The notes beneath the pieces are model-generated. The model worked only from the letters and a program-made list of their open reading frames with translations. It did no database searches and was not told the origin of the DNA. Made by a program: the position numbers and the translations under genes. A DNA stretch of 64,000 nucleotides. Source: Candidatus Omnitrophota bacterium. GTDB taxonomy: Bacteria; Omnitrophota; Gorgyraeia; Gygaellales; Profunditerraquicolaceae. This document shows, in pieces, positions 19,310-27,148 of the stretch; positions within the stretch are counted from its first letter, which is position 1; every line of letters begins with the position of its first letter. The stretch lies in assembly GCA_026387335.1 (NCBI GenBank), contig JAPLLX010000002.1, forward strand, positions 77,326-141,325, given 5' to 3'.

Positions 19310-20717
19310 ACTGGCCAACAAAAAAACCAAGATCAATAACAGTCCCGCTCTTTCAGATGACCTTTTAGCCCTGGAAGCGAAATATTGTTCCTGGGGCGAT
19401 ACAGTCCATTACGCGGATAAGCTAAATATATTCAAGTCCGCCGAAGGAAGTTTTTTGTATGATAACAACGGAGTCGAGTACCTGGATCTGCAGATGTGGT
19501 ATTCAGCGGTTAATTTTGGCTACAAGAATAAGCGCCTGAACGCGGTCTTAAAAAAACAGATTGATACCCTGCCTCAGCTGGCCTGCCAGTATTTACACGA
19601 AGAGAAGATACGGCTAGCCGCGAAAATCGCGCGGAAAAACGAAATGGCTTTTGAAGAAAAAGGCAGAGTCCATTTTAATGTCGGAGGCTCTTCCGCTCTG
19701 GAGGATGCGCTCAAGTTGATCCGGAATCATTCCGGCCGCAGCCTGGTTTTCGCTTTCATGGGCGGTTACCACGGCCGGACATTGGCTGCCTCGGCAGTTA
19801 CCTCAAGCTTTCGCTACAGGGAGCGCTTCGGACATTTTGGTGACCGGGCGCAGTTTATCCCGTTTCCTTACTGTTTTCGCTGCCCTTATGACAAAAAGAA
19901 GGATTTTTGCGACCTTTATTGCCTGAAACAATTTGAAAGACTCTTTGAAACAGAGTACCATTCCGTAGTCAATAAAAAAACGAATAAATGTGAATTCTCC
20001 GCTTTTATTGTGGAAGCAGTCCAGGGAACAGGCGGTTATGTCATTCCGCCTCAGGAGTATTTTTCAGGCTTAAAAGAGATCCTGGACAGATACGGTATAC
20101 TCTTTGTTGATGATGAAATACAGATGGGTTTCTTTAGGACCGGAAAACTCTGGGCCATAGAGCATTTTAACGTCACTCCGGATATAATTGTCTTTGGCAA
20201 GGCCTTGACTAACGGTTTAAACCCGATTTCGGGCGTCTGGGCGAAAGAAAAACTGATCTCTCCCGATGTTTTTCCTCCGGGATCCACCCATTCGACATTC
20301 TCCTCCAACCCCTTAGGCACCGCGGCAGGGTTAGAGGTAATGAAATTAATTGAAGAATCAAATTTTGCCGTGGATATCCCTAAGAAAGGGCAATATTTCA
20401 TCAATCATTTTAAGAAGCTGCAAAAGAAATACCCGCAGATAGGCGACGTAGATGGTTTAGGCCTGGCTATACGCGTGGAGATGTGTGAAAAAGACGGTTA
20501 TACGCCCAGCAAGGAATTAGCCGACAGAATAGTGAATTTAGGCTTAAGCGGAAACCTGGGAGCGGGTAGTAAAAAACGCGGGCTGATATTAGATATCGGA
20601 GGATATTACAAAAACGTCTTTACCATGGCGCCTTCTTTTTATATCACCGAAAAAGAGATAGACCTGGCAGTCGAGCTTTTTGAAGAAGCGCTCTCTAAGG
20701 CCCTCAAGAAAGCTTAA
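19299..20717 (+). CDS. Class-III PLP-dependent aminotransferase
   Basis: FIVEAVQGTGG, DDEIQMGFFRTG and FGKALTNG (PLP-lysine motif). Confidence 0.8.
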   Translation: MNNKLANKKTKINNSPALSDDLLALEAKYCSWGDTVHYADKLNIFKSAEGSFLYDNNGVEYLDLQMWYSAVNFGYKNKRLNAVLKKQIDTLPQLACQYLHEEKIRLAAKIARKNEMAFEEKGRVHFNVGGSSALEDALKLIRNHSGRSLVFAFMGGYHGRTLAASAVTSSFRYRERFGHFGDRAQFIPFPYCFRCPYDKKKDFCDLYCLKQFERLFETEYHSVVNKKTNKCEFSAFIVEAVQGTGGYVIPPQEYFSGLKEILDRYGILFVDDEIQMGFFRTGKLWAIEHFNVTPDIIVFGKALTNGLNPISGVWAKEKLISPDVFPPGSTHSTFSSNPLGTAAGLEVMKLIEESNFAVDIPKKGQYFINHFKKLQKKYPQIGDVDGLGLAIRVEMCEKDGYTPSKELADRIVNLGLSGNLGAGSKKRGLILDIGGYYKNVFTMAPSFYITEKEIDLAVELFEEALSKALKKA

Positions 20718-20740
20718 AGAAAATTCAATCCTCGCCTTGT

Positions 20741-21670
20741 ATGCTTAGTCAAGATATCCGCGTACTGGATTTTGATGGCAGCGTTAGAAAGCAGCAGGGC
20801 CTTCTGCATAAATATCCGCATCAAATTGTATCCCTGGGAGATTTAGCCCCGCGTTCCCGGCTTTGGATGGATAAGCGCGTAAGACTTGGTATTAGCGAAC
20901 GCCTGGATAAAACTAGACGTAATTGCGTTACTTTCCTGGGTTCGGGAGATTTTCATAACATTACACCGCTACTCCTGGAAAAATTTGAGGAACCGATTTC
21001 ACTTATTGTTTTTGATTTTCATCCTGACTGGGATACGCTCCCGCCGCGTTTTGGCTGTGGCTCCTGGGTAAGTGATGCTTTAAGAAGAAAGAATATTGTA
21101 AAATGCCTGCTTATCGGTATCGCCTCCGATGATATTTCTTTTCCCTGGATACAAAGCGGAAATTTAGGCAGCCTTAATAATGACCGGCTGGAAATCTATC
21201 CCTACGCGCATGAGCCCTCAACGGTATTTTTGCGAAAGGTTCCGGAGAATATTTCTTTAAGGAAAAAAGTTGGTTTCTTAAAAACCCGGCTCTACTGGGA
21301 GGAGCTAAGAAGTAAGAACTTAATGGATTTTTTTAGCCCGCTCTTTAGCCGCCTGCCGGTAAAAGATGTATATGTTTCCATAGATAAGGATTGCCTGGAG
21401 AGTAGAAGCGCTCTGACTAATTGGGAAGAAGGCAGGTTAACCCTAGCGCAGCTTCTTCTAATACTTGAACTAATAAAGAAAAACCTCAATATTGTGGGTG
21501 TGGATATTACGGGAGATTATTCCAGGATTTCTATTTCCGGAAGGCTAAAAAGCATCTTTTCTCGGTTAGACCATCCTAAGGCAGTCCAAGCGGATAAGTT
21601 ATCGGAAGAAGCAGTAACCCGCGTAAATGAAGAGACCAATCTCAAGATACTCAAAACCCTTATAGCGTAA
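20741..21670 (+). CDS. Divergent ureohydrolase (arginase/agmatinase-fold) family protein
   Basis: Three arginase-like metal motifs in order: GSGDFH, DFHPDWDT, SIDKDCL. Confidence 0.4.
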   Translation: MLSQDIRVLDFDGSVRKQQGLLHKYPHQIVSLGDLAPRSRLWMDKRVRLGISERLDKTRRNCVTFLGSGDFHNITPLLLEKFEEPISLIVFDFHPDWDTLPPRFGCGSWVSDALRRKNIVKCLLIGIASDDISFPWIQSGNLGSLNNDRLEIYPYAHEPSTVFLRKVPENISLRKKVGFLKTRLYWEELRSKNLMDFFSPLFSRLPVKDVYVSIDKDCLESRSALTNWEEGRLTLAQLLLILELIKKNLNIVGVDITGDYSRISISGRLKSIFSRLDHPKAVQADKLSEEAVTRVNEETNLKILKTLIA

Positions 21671-21673
21671 GTC

Positions 21674-22534
21674 TTATTTATACTTTGCAAAGAAAGATAT
21701 AGTCTGATCAGCGACTTTATCCCTCTCTTGGTCGGCGATAATAATATGGTAAGAATCCTCAAAGAGCACGACGTTTTTATCTTTAGCGGCAATATGATTA
21801 TATATATAGTAGGAATTCTTCGGGCTGGTTACGTCATCGTCCTTTGCTTGTAATAGCTGTATCGGGGTAGTTACTTTATCTAATAAGCGCATAACGTGTT
21901 TGGTTAACAGGGAGTTTTGCTCCATACTGGAGACAGGTATGACCGGATAACCATAGAGATGGACCTTGCTGTAATCAAATAAGTCCGATTCTTTGTAGAA
22001 ACTTTCGATCCTCGACCTTAACCTTTCGTTCTTCACTCCATAAGGATATCCCTCTTTAAGATAAAAATAGTATTTAAGAGGCGTCCTGTAAATAAGAGGC
22101 AGCAGGATCCTTAGCTTGGGCGTGGCCCAACCGTCAAAAAAGAGAGTAGGCGAAAAACAGTTAATCGCTTTTATTTTATTAGGGAATTCATAGGCCAGGA
22201 GTATCCCTAAAAGCGCCCCGAATGATAACCCGGCTACAAATATATTATCATAGGATGATTCATATTTCAGGAATTCCCGTTTTATCCCGCTGTATAACTC
22301 CTGCCAGGTTTTTCTTTTTAATACCGATATAGATTGGTTATGCCCGTCCAGCATGGGCGCTGCTACTGAAAACCCTTCTTTATTCAGGCGCGCTCCTATG
22401 GAGCTCATTTCTTTAGCGGTCCCAGTAAGCCCATGGATAAGAAAGCAAAGGTTTTTCCCTCCTTCTAAGAAAAAGCTTGAGTCCGGTATATCATTTATCT
22501 GGCGGCGGTCTTCGGCAAGAGAGAAGATGATCAT
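21674..22534 (-). CDS. Alpha/beta hydrolase (lysophospholipase/esterase-like)
   Basis: HGLTGT oxyanion region; GLSFGA nucleophile elbow. Confidence 0.7.
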   Translation of the reverse strand: MIIFSLAEDRRQINDIPDSSFFLEGGKNLCFLIHGLTGTAKEMSSIGARLNKEGFSVAAPMLDGHNQSISVLKRKTWQELYSGIKREFLKYESSYDNIFVAGLSFGALLGILLAYEFPNKIKAINCFSPTLFFDGWATPKLRILLPLIYRTPLKYYFYLKEGYPYGVKNERLRSRIESFYKESDLFDYSKVHLYGYPVIPVSSMEQNSLLTKHVMRLLDKVTTPIQLLQAKDDDVTSPKNSYYIYNHIAAKDKNVVLFEDSYHIIIADQERDKVADQTISFFAKYK

Positions 22535-23752
22535 TTATATTTTCTTTATCCTTTCAATCAGGGAGCAGATATCTTTTTGGGTTAAGAAACGGCTGGTAGT
22601 CAAGGTAATATGGTTTTTGGCGATTGCCCTGGCGTTGGGATAAACTGCGTCACCCACCATATCTTTTAGGTAAGCGTAATCGGTGATAGCCGCAAGGTAG
22701 ATTAACGCTACGCCTAATCCGGAGTTATGTAAAATATTGAATACCTTATCGCGTTGCGCTGTTTCGTCAAAGAGCAGGGTAAGGTAAGGGTAATTGGCAG
22801 TAGAGCCGTTAGGTTCGGTAATCAATTTTATCCCCTGGAGGCCTTTTAAGCCTTCTATATAATCTGCCGTGGTTTTTCTCTGGTTGGTTATTTCGTTTTC
22901 CAGGCGATCAAACATCGCGTGAGCCACCGATTTTCTCATCTTGGATACTTTATGGAGCGGGAAATCAACGCTAAAATATTCAATAAACGCCTTTTCCATC
23001 TTGCCCTGCAGCTGCCAGAAAAGCTGCGGAAGCCTGAAGACGAACCAGAAGAGGAAGGGCCTGTAAAAAATCCAATAGCCGAATAATTCCAGGACTTTTA
23101 AGCATTCAGAGAAGAGGTCGGTTTTAGCTAGACGATTCAATTCGCTGTCAATGAGCGCGGCGAATTTAAGGCTGCTTACAATTACTCCTCCTTCGTAGGT
23201 AGTCAGGCCTTTACCCCGGCAGAGGCTAAAGAAGGCGAAATCTCCCAGTGTCCCGGTTTTTTTATTTTGATATACCGCGCCTAAGCTTTGCGCGCAATCT
23301 TCAACGATAAATATTTTATTTTCTTTTACTATATCTTGTATTACTTGAAAATCCGCCGCTATGCCGGCTAAATGCACGGCTACAATTGCCAGTATGTCGT
23401 TATTATTTGCGCATAATTTTTTTAACTGGTTGACTTCAAAATTGAAGTCAACTTTATTAATGTCGCAGACCGCCACCTTTAATCCCGCCCTCTTGATGGC
23501 TAATGGAATAAGTGGGCAGATAAAAGCAGGGATAATAACGGTTTTTCTTGGGGAGAGCTTTTTTAACGCTTCTAGTATGATATAAAAAGCAGCTGTCCCC
23601 GAATAAGTTATAGCCGCGTAAGAGGCGCCCAGATACTTTTTAAAATCTTCTTCTAAAGAAGCGGATGGGTTTCTTTTAGAGAAGGCGCAAAAGATATCCC
23701 TGGCGTAAAGAGGCAGGCCGGCTGTGGGTGGTATTTCTCGGAATAAGCTCAT
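22535..23752 (-). CDS. DegT/DnrJ/EryC1/StrS-family sugar aminotransferase (ArnB-like)
   Basis: Family motifs (DCAQSLGAVYQNKKTGTLGDFAFFSL ... GKGLTTYEGG). It abuts the downstream hydrolase gene. Confidence 0.75.
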   Translation of the reverse strand: MSLFREIPPTAGLPLYARDIFCAFSKRNPSASLEEDFKKYLGASYAAITYSGTAAFYIILEALKKLSPRKTVIIPAFICPLIPLAIKRAGLKVAVCDINKVDFNFEVNQLKKLCANNNDILAIVAVHLAGIAADFQVIQDIVKENKIFIVEDCAQSLGAVYQNKKTGTLGDFAFFSLCRGKGLTTYEGGVIVSSLKFAALIDSELNRLAKTDLFSECLKVLELFGYWIFYRPFLFWFVFRLPQLFWQLQGKMEKAFIEYFSVDFPLHKVSKMRKSVAHAMFDRLENEITNQRKTTADYIEGLKGLQGIKLITEPNGSTANYPYLTLLFDETAQRDKVFNILHNSGLGVALIYLAAITDYAYLKDMVGDAVYPNARAIAKNHITLTTSRFLTQKDICSLIERIKKI

Positions 23753-23778
23753 TTTAGCATTAGTATTTCACCTATTCT

Positions 23779-24945
23779 ATGCTAAAATACTTCATAATTC
23801 AAGCTACTTATTGTAAGCCGCTTATGGAAAACCTAACTTGCCAAATTCTGGATTCAGTCGCCAAAATCCGCAAAAATGACTGGGATAGGGTTTTTGGAGA
23901 TATCCCCGAGGGGTATGAATTTTATAGGACGATTGAGGAGTCCGGGCTCAAAGAATTTACCTTCTTTTATCTTATTCTCTATAATAACCAGTGCTTAGTT
24001 TTAATTGCCCCCATTTTTATCGCGGATTTTAACCTGGATATTGCTGTTGAGGGATGGCTCAAAAATGTTATTGCGTCTGTGCGTAAGATTATCCCCCGTT
24101 TTTTAATGATGCGGACCATCTTTTGCGGTTCGGTGTTCGGAGAGCATGGCGTTATCGGTATAGATAAAGGCGCGCAGGAAAATCCGGCTATCCCGCGAGA
24201 ATTGTTAAAAGGCCTGGAAGACTTCCGTAAACAAAAAAAAGCCAGCCTGGTGATGTTTAAAGACTTTCTTAAAAACTCGCCGGGGTTTTTAGATTCATTT
24301 AAGCAAAAAGGCTTCTTTCGGGTCAATAGTTTCCCTTGCGCAGCCAGTGAAGTTAATTTCCCTGATTTCCAGGGGTATTTACAGAGCTTGGGGCATTCTA
24401 CCCGAAAGAACCTGCGCCGTAAGCTCAAAGAAGCCTATAAAGAGTCCAAGATAAGCGTAGAAGTAGCGGATAATGTTGCTAATATCATAGACGAGATTTA
24501 CGGGCTTTACCTGCAGGCGCATCGCGACGGCGCGACAAAATTCGAGAAACTTACCAAAGTGTTCTTTTTAAAGGTATCCGAACACATGGCTCCTTATGTA
24601 AAATACTTCTTATATTATGTTAACGGCAAGTTAGGCGCGTTTAATCTCTGTTTTGTGCAAAAAAATTTATTCATTGATAAATTCATTGGTTTCGATTATG
24701 ATATATCTAGAAGGCACCATTTATATTTTGTCAGCTGGTGTTATAATGTGGAATGGTGCATTAAGCATTCCATACCTTTTTATCATACCGGCCAGACGGA
24801 TTACGAAGCTAAGGTAAGGTTGGGATCAAAACTTATACCGCTTTATGCTTACCTGAGGCATAAAAACAAAGCCGCAAATTTATTTTTTAAAGCCTTAAGC
24901 TTAGTTTTAAAGCCCGATAATTTTGATAGAGAGATCAAAACATGA
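23779..24945 (+). CDS. FemAB / Acetyltransf_6 (GNAT-fold)-like protein
   Basis: Size and secondary-structure pattern fit FemAB/BioF2-like acyltransferases; the call is weak. Confidence 0.35.
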   Translation: MLKYFIIQATYCKPLMENLTCQILDSVAKIRKNDWDRVFGDIPEGYEFYRTIEESGLKEFTFFYLILYNNQCLVLIAPIFIADFNLDIAVEGWLKNVIASVRKIIPRFLMMRTIFCGSVFGEHGVIGIDKGAQENPAIPRELLKGLEDFRKQKKASLVMFKDFLKNSPGFLDSFKQKGFFRVNSFPCAASEVNFPDFQGYLQSLGHSTRKNLRRKLKEAYKESKISVEVADNVANIIDEIYGLYLQAHRDGATKFEKLTKVFFLKVSEHMAPYVKYFLYYVNGKLGAFNLCFVQKNLFIDKFIGFDYDISRRHHLYFVSWCYNVEWCIKHSIPFYHTGQTDYEAKVRLGSKLIPLYAYLRHKNKAANLFFKALSLVLKPDNFDREIKT

Positions 24946-25367
24946 TAAAAGTATTTAAAAAAAAACTTACCCTTAAAATATTAGTTTTTCTTATTCTGAC
25001 CGACTTTTTGGAGACGTTCACCCACCTTTGCTTTAAGAAGAGCGCCCTTACCGAGAGCGATTTTGTTATAAATAAATTACCGGATGCGCTGATTTTCTTA
25101 CAGAGTGTTTTTTCATCCGGATTTTTATGGCTGGGCCTTTTTTCTGTAGTAGTAACATTTATTATCTGGTCAAGCCTGCTTTCTAAGATTGATTTAAGCG
25201 TTGCCGTACCGGTATGCAGTTTTAGCTATATCCTTATCCCGATAGCTTCTATTATCTTCCTGCAGGAAAAGGTAAGCCTTTTCAGGTGGTCAGGGGTATT
25301 ATTCATATTATTGGGGGTGGTTTTTGTTTCCCTGAGCGCCTCAGAGAAGGAGCATATCCTAGAATGA
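24942..25367 (+). CDS. Small EamA/SMR-like 4-TM protein (ArnE-like flippase subunit candidate)
   Basis: 141 aa, four TM helices; ATGA-coupled to the next gene. Confidence 0.5.
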   Translation: MIKVFKKKLTLKILVFLILTDFLETFTHLCFKKSALTESDFVINKLPDALIFLQSVFSSGFLWLGLFSVVVTFIIWSSLLSKIDLSVAVPVCSFSYILIPIASIIFLQEKVSLFRWSGVLFILLGVVFVSLSASEKEHILE

Positions 25368-25750
25368 GAGAAGGACTAGGATTCATCTTATTTCTTATAG
25401 CCCTCACCAGCATCTGCGATACTATAAATCAACTTTTCTTAAAATCCGCGATTAACTCCCTTTTTTCGCCTTCAGGAAATATCCGGGAAATATTAAGGTT
25501 CATTTTCAAGCTGCTTCTGGTGCCCAGGGTCTGGGTCAGCTTCTTATTCAGTTTAATTTCGTTATGTATATGGCTATTTGTATTGAGCCAAGTGGATTTA
25601 AGTTTTGCCTTTTCCGCGGATAGTATGCATTATATTTTTATTGCTCTTGCCTCAAGGTTTATATTGAAGGAGAAGGTTTGTTTTAAGCGCTGGGTAGGAA
25701 TAATACTTATCGTGGTAGGTATTATGATGGTGAGCGTAAGCGTAAGCTAG
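25364..25750 (+). CDS. Small EamA/SMR-like 4-TM protein (ArnF-like partner)
   Basis: Starts at the internal ATG 25364 (MREGLGFILF...), overlapping the upstream stop as ATGA, with RBS AGAAGGA. Confidence 0.5.
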   Translation: MREGLGFILFLIALTSICDTINQLFLKSAINSLFSPSGNIREILRFIFKLLLVPRVWVSFLFSLISLCIWLFVLSQVDLSFAFSADSMHYIFIALASRFILKEKVCFKRWVGIILIVVGIMMVSVSVS

Positions 25751-25838
25751 GCAAGAATACTCCTATATGCTTTAAGAAGTAAAATAAGCTTAAAGCCAAG
25801 AGGCGTGCCGAGTAGATTTTAGTAAAAAAGGAGGGAAG

Positions 25839-25937
25839 ATGATCTGGCTGTGGATAATTTTAGGTATTGTTGTCGTGGTTATTTTGTTTAGGAAATTTTG
25901 CGGTAAATGCGGGTGCGGCTGTTCCCCTAAGAAATAA
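25839..25937 (+). CDS. FeoB-associated Cys-rich membrane peptide-like mini-protein (32 aa, MIWLWIILGIVVVVILFRKFCGKCGCGCSPKK)
   Basis: Strong RBS AAAAGGAGGG 4 nt upstream. One TM helix followed by a C-terminal CxxCGCGC-KK tail characteristic of that family. Followed by the intrinsic terminator at 25973-26003. Confidence 0.5.
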   Translation: MIWLWIILGIVVVVILFRKFCGKCGCGCSPKK

Positions 25938-25972
25938 ATCAGTCATAGACTAGGTCGCTATTTTAGAAATGG

Positions 25973-26003
25973 GGCCAGAGAAATAATTCTGGCCTCATTT
26001 TTT
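25973..26003 (+). terminator. Rho-independent terminator
   Basis: GGCCAGA stem (25973-25979), loop, TCTGGCC (25988-25994), then a T-run. Confidence 0.6.
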
Positions 26004-26005
26004 AC

Positions 26006-26034
26006 TTGACAAATGATACAATTATGGTATCATT
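26006..26034 (+). promoter_or_regulatory. Sigma70-like promoter of the Rrf2 gene, with an overlapping inverted repeat (candidate Rrf2 operator)
   Basis: TTGACA (26006-26011), 16-nt spacer, TATCAT (26028-26033). Inverted repeat AATGATAC (26012-26019) / GTATCATT (26027-26034). Confidence 0.5.
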
Positions 26035-26051
26035 TCTGAAGAAAGGAGAAG

Positions 26052-26450
26052 ATGAAATTAATCACCAGGAATACGGATTACGCATTAAGGGCGGTATGTT
26101 TTATGGCTAAACATAAGGGGAAGGTTGTTTCGGTCGCAGAATTGACCCGAAAATTACGGGTGCCCCGGCCGTTCTTAAGAAAGATACTCCAATCATTAAA
26201 CAGAAGCGGGATACTTAAGTCTCTTAGGGGACAGGGAGGCGGGTTCATCCTGGCGAAAGATGCGACGCAGATATTTCTAATGGATATAATGCGCATATTT
26301 CAGGGGAAATTGAGGCTAAACGATTGTCTGCTCAAAAAACTTATCTGTCCTAATAAAAGAAGCTGTCCTTTAAGAAAAAAGATCGCTAAAATTGAAAGTT
26401 ATGTGCTTAAAGAGTTAAGTGCTATTAATATAGCGTCATTATTGGAATAA
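26052..26450 (+). CDS. Rrf2-family transcriptional regulator (three Cys, probably Fe-S or redox sensing)
   Basis: Rrf2 wHTH N-terminus (MKLITRNTDYALRAVCFMA ... GQGGGFILAKD); C-terminal Cys residues. Confidence 0.85.
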   Translation: MKLITRNTDYALRAVCFMAKHKGKVVSVAELTRKLRVPRPFLRKILQSLNRSGILKSLRGQGGGFILAKDATQIFLMDIMRIFQGKLRLNDCLLKKLICPNKRSCPLRKKIAKIESYVLKELSAINIASLLE

Positions 26451-26464
26451 GAGAGAGAATATTG

Positions 26465-26581
26465 ATGAATAAGTGTCCGGGGCAGGATGCGCAAAAGCAG
26501 TTGCCATATTGCTTAGTTTGTTGTATCTTAATATCACAGGTAAACAGGCTGCCGATAGGCAGCCAGGGAGGTGAAATATGA
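26465..26581 (+). CDS. Hypothetical 38-aa Cys-containing peptide (MNKCPGQDAQKQLPYCLVCCILISQVNRLPIGSQGGEI)
   Basis: Small ORF whose TGA stop overlaps the ATG of the next mini-ORF (ATGA). Speculative. Confidence 0.25.
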   Translation: MNKCPGQDAQKQLPYCLVCCILISQVNRLPIGSQGGEI

Positions 26582-26637
26582 GTTGCGGATGCGGTTGTGG
26601 GACAAAGAAGAAAAAGAAAAAAGCCAAAAAGAAGTAG
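26578..26637 (+). CDS. Hypothetical 19-aa peptide MSCGCGCGTKKKKKKAKKK (CG-repeat plus poly-Lys)
   Basis: RBS GGAGGTGAAAT directly upstream; terminator-like hairpin downstream (26649-26685). Its CGCGC motif is shared with the peptide at 25839-25937. Confidence 0.3.
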   Translation: MSCGCGCGTKKKKKKAKKK

Positions 26638-26648
26638 TTTTTTAGTCC

Positions 26649-26685
26649 GGGCGCCGTTTTAGCAAGCGGCGCCCGCTTATTTTCT
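26649..26685 (+). terminator. Terminator-like hairpin after the mini-ORF pair
   Basis: GGGCGCCG / CGGCGCCC 8-bp stem, followed by GCTTATTTTCT. Confidence 0.45.
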
Positions 26686-26698
26686 AACGGAGGCAGCG

Positions 26699-27094
26699 AT
26701 GGCGGATTTAAAAGATTTATTGCAAAACGCAGATTGGAAAACCGAAAAACATGTTCCGGTTATTGAAGCCCCGGATAAGATCAACAAGGGCGAACCAGTA
26801 AAGGTTACTGTCAGTGTTGGCAAGCAGGTAGCCCATCCTAATACCACTGAACACCATATTAGATGGATCGAGGTCTATTTTCTGGGCCAGGGAGAAAAAT
26901 TTCCTTATCAGCTAGGCAGGTTTGAGTTCTCCAGCCACGGCGAATCAGCCCAGGGGCCCAACACCAGCACTATTTTTACTCAGCCGGAGGTTCTGCTTAC
27001 TTTTAAAACTGAGAAAAGCGGGACGATCCTGGCCGTTGCTTATTGTAATATCCATGGTTTGTGGAAAAACGCAAAAGAAATCCAGGTTGAATAA
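26699..27094 (+). CDS. Superoxide reductase (1Fe-SOR / neelaredoxin-type)
   Basis: EKHVPVI, HPNTTEHHIRWIE and CNIHGLW iron ligands. Confidence 0.85.
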   Translation: MADLKDLLQNADWKTEKHVPVIEAPDKINKGEPVKVTVSVGKQVAHPNTTEHHIRWIEVYFLGQGEKFPYQLGRFEFSSHGESAQGPNTSTIFTQPEVLLTFKTEKSGTILAVAYCNIHGLWKNAKEIQVE

Positions 27095-27148
27095 TTTTAG
27101 CGGGATGAAACTTAAAAGCCTGTTCCTTAGGCAGGCAGGGAGGTAAGT

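Noticed and set aside
26439-26627. 62-aa minus-strand ORF (MAFFFFFFVPQ...) across the mini-ORF region
   Set aside because: It is the antisense reading of the poly-Lys AAA/AAG run (giving poly-Phe). It has no RBS and its composition is implausible.
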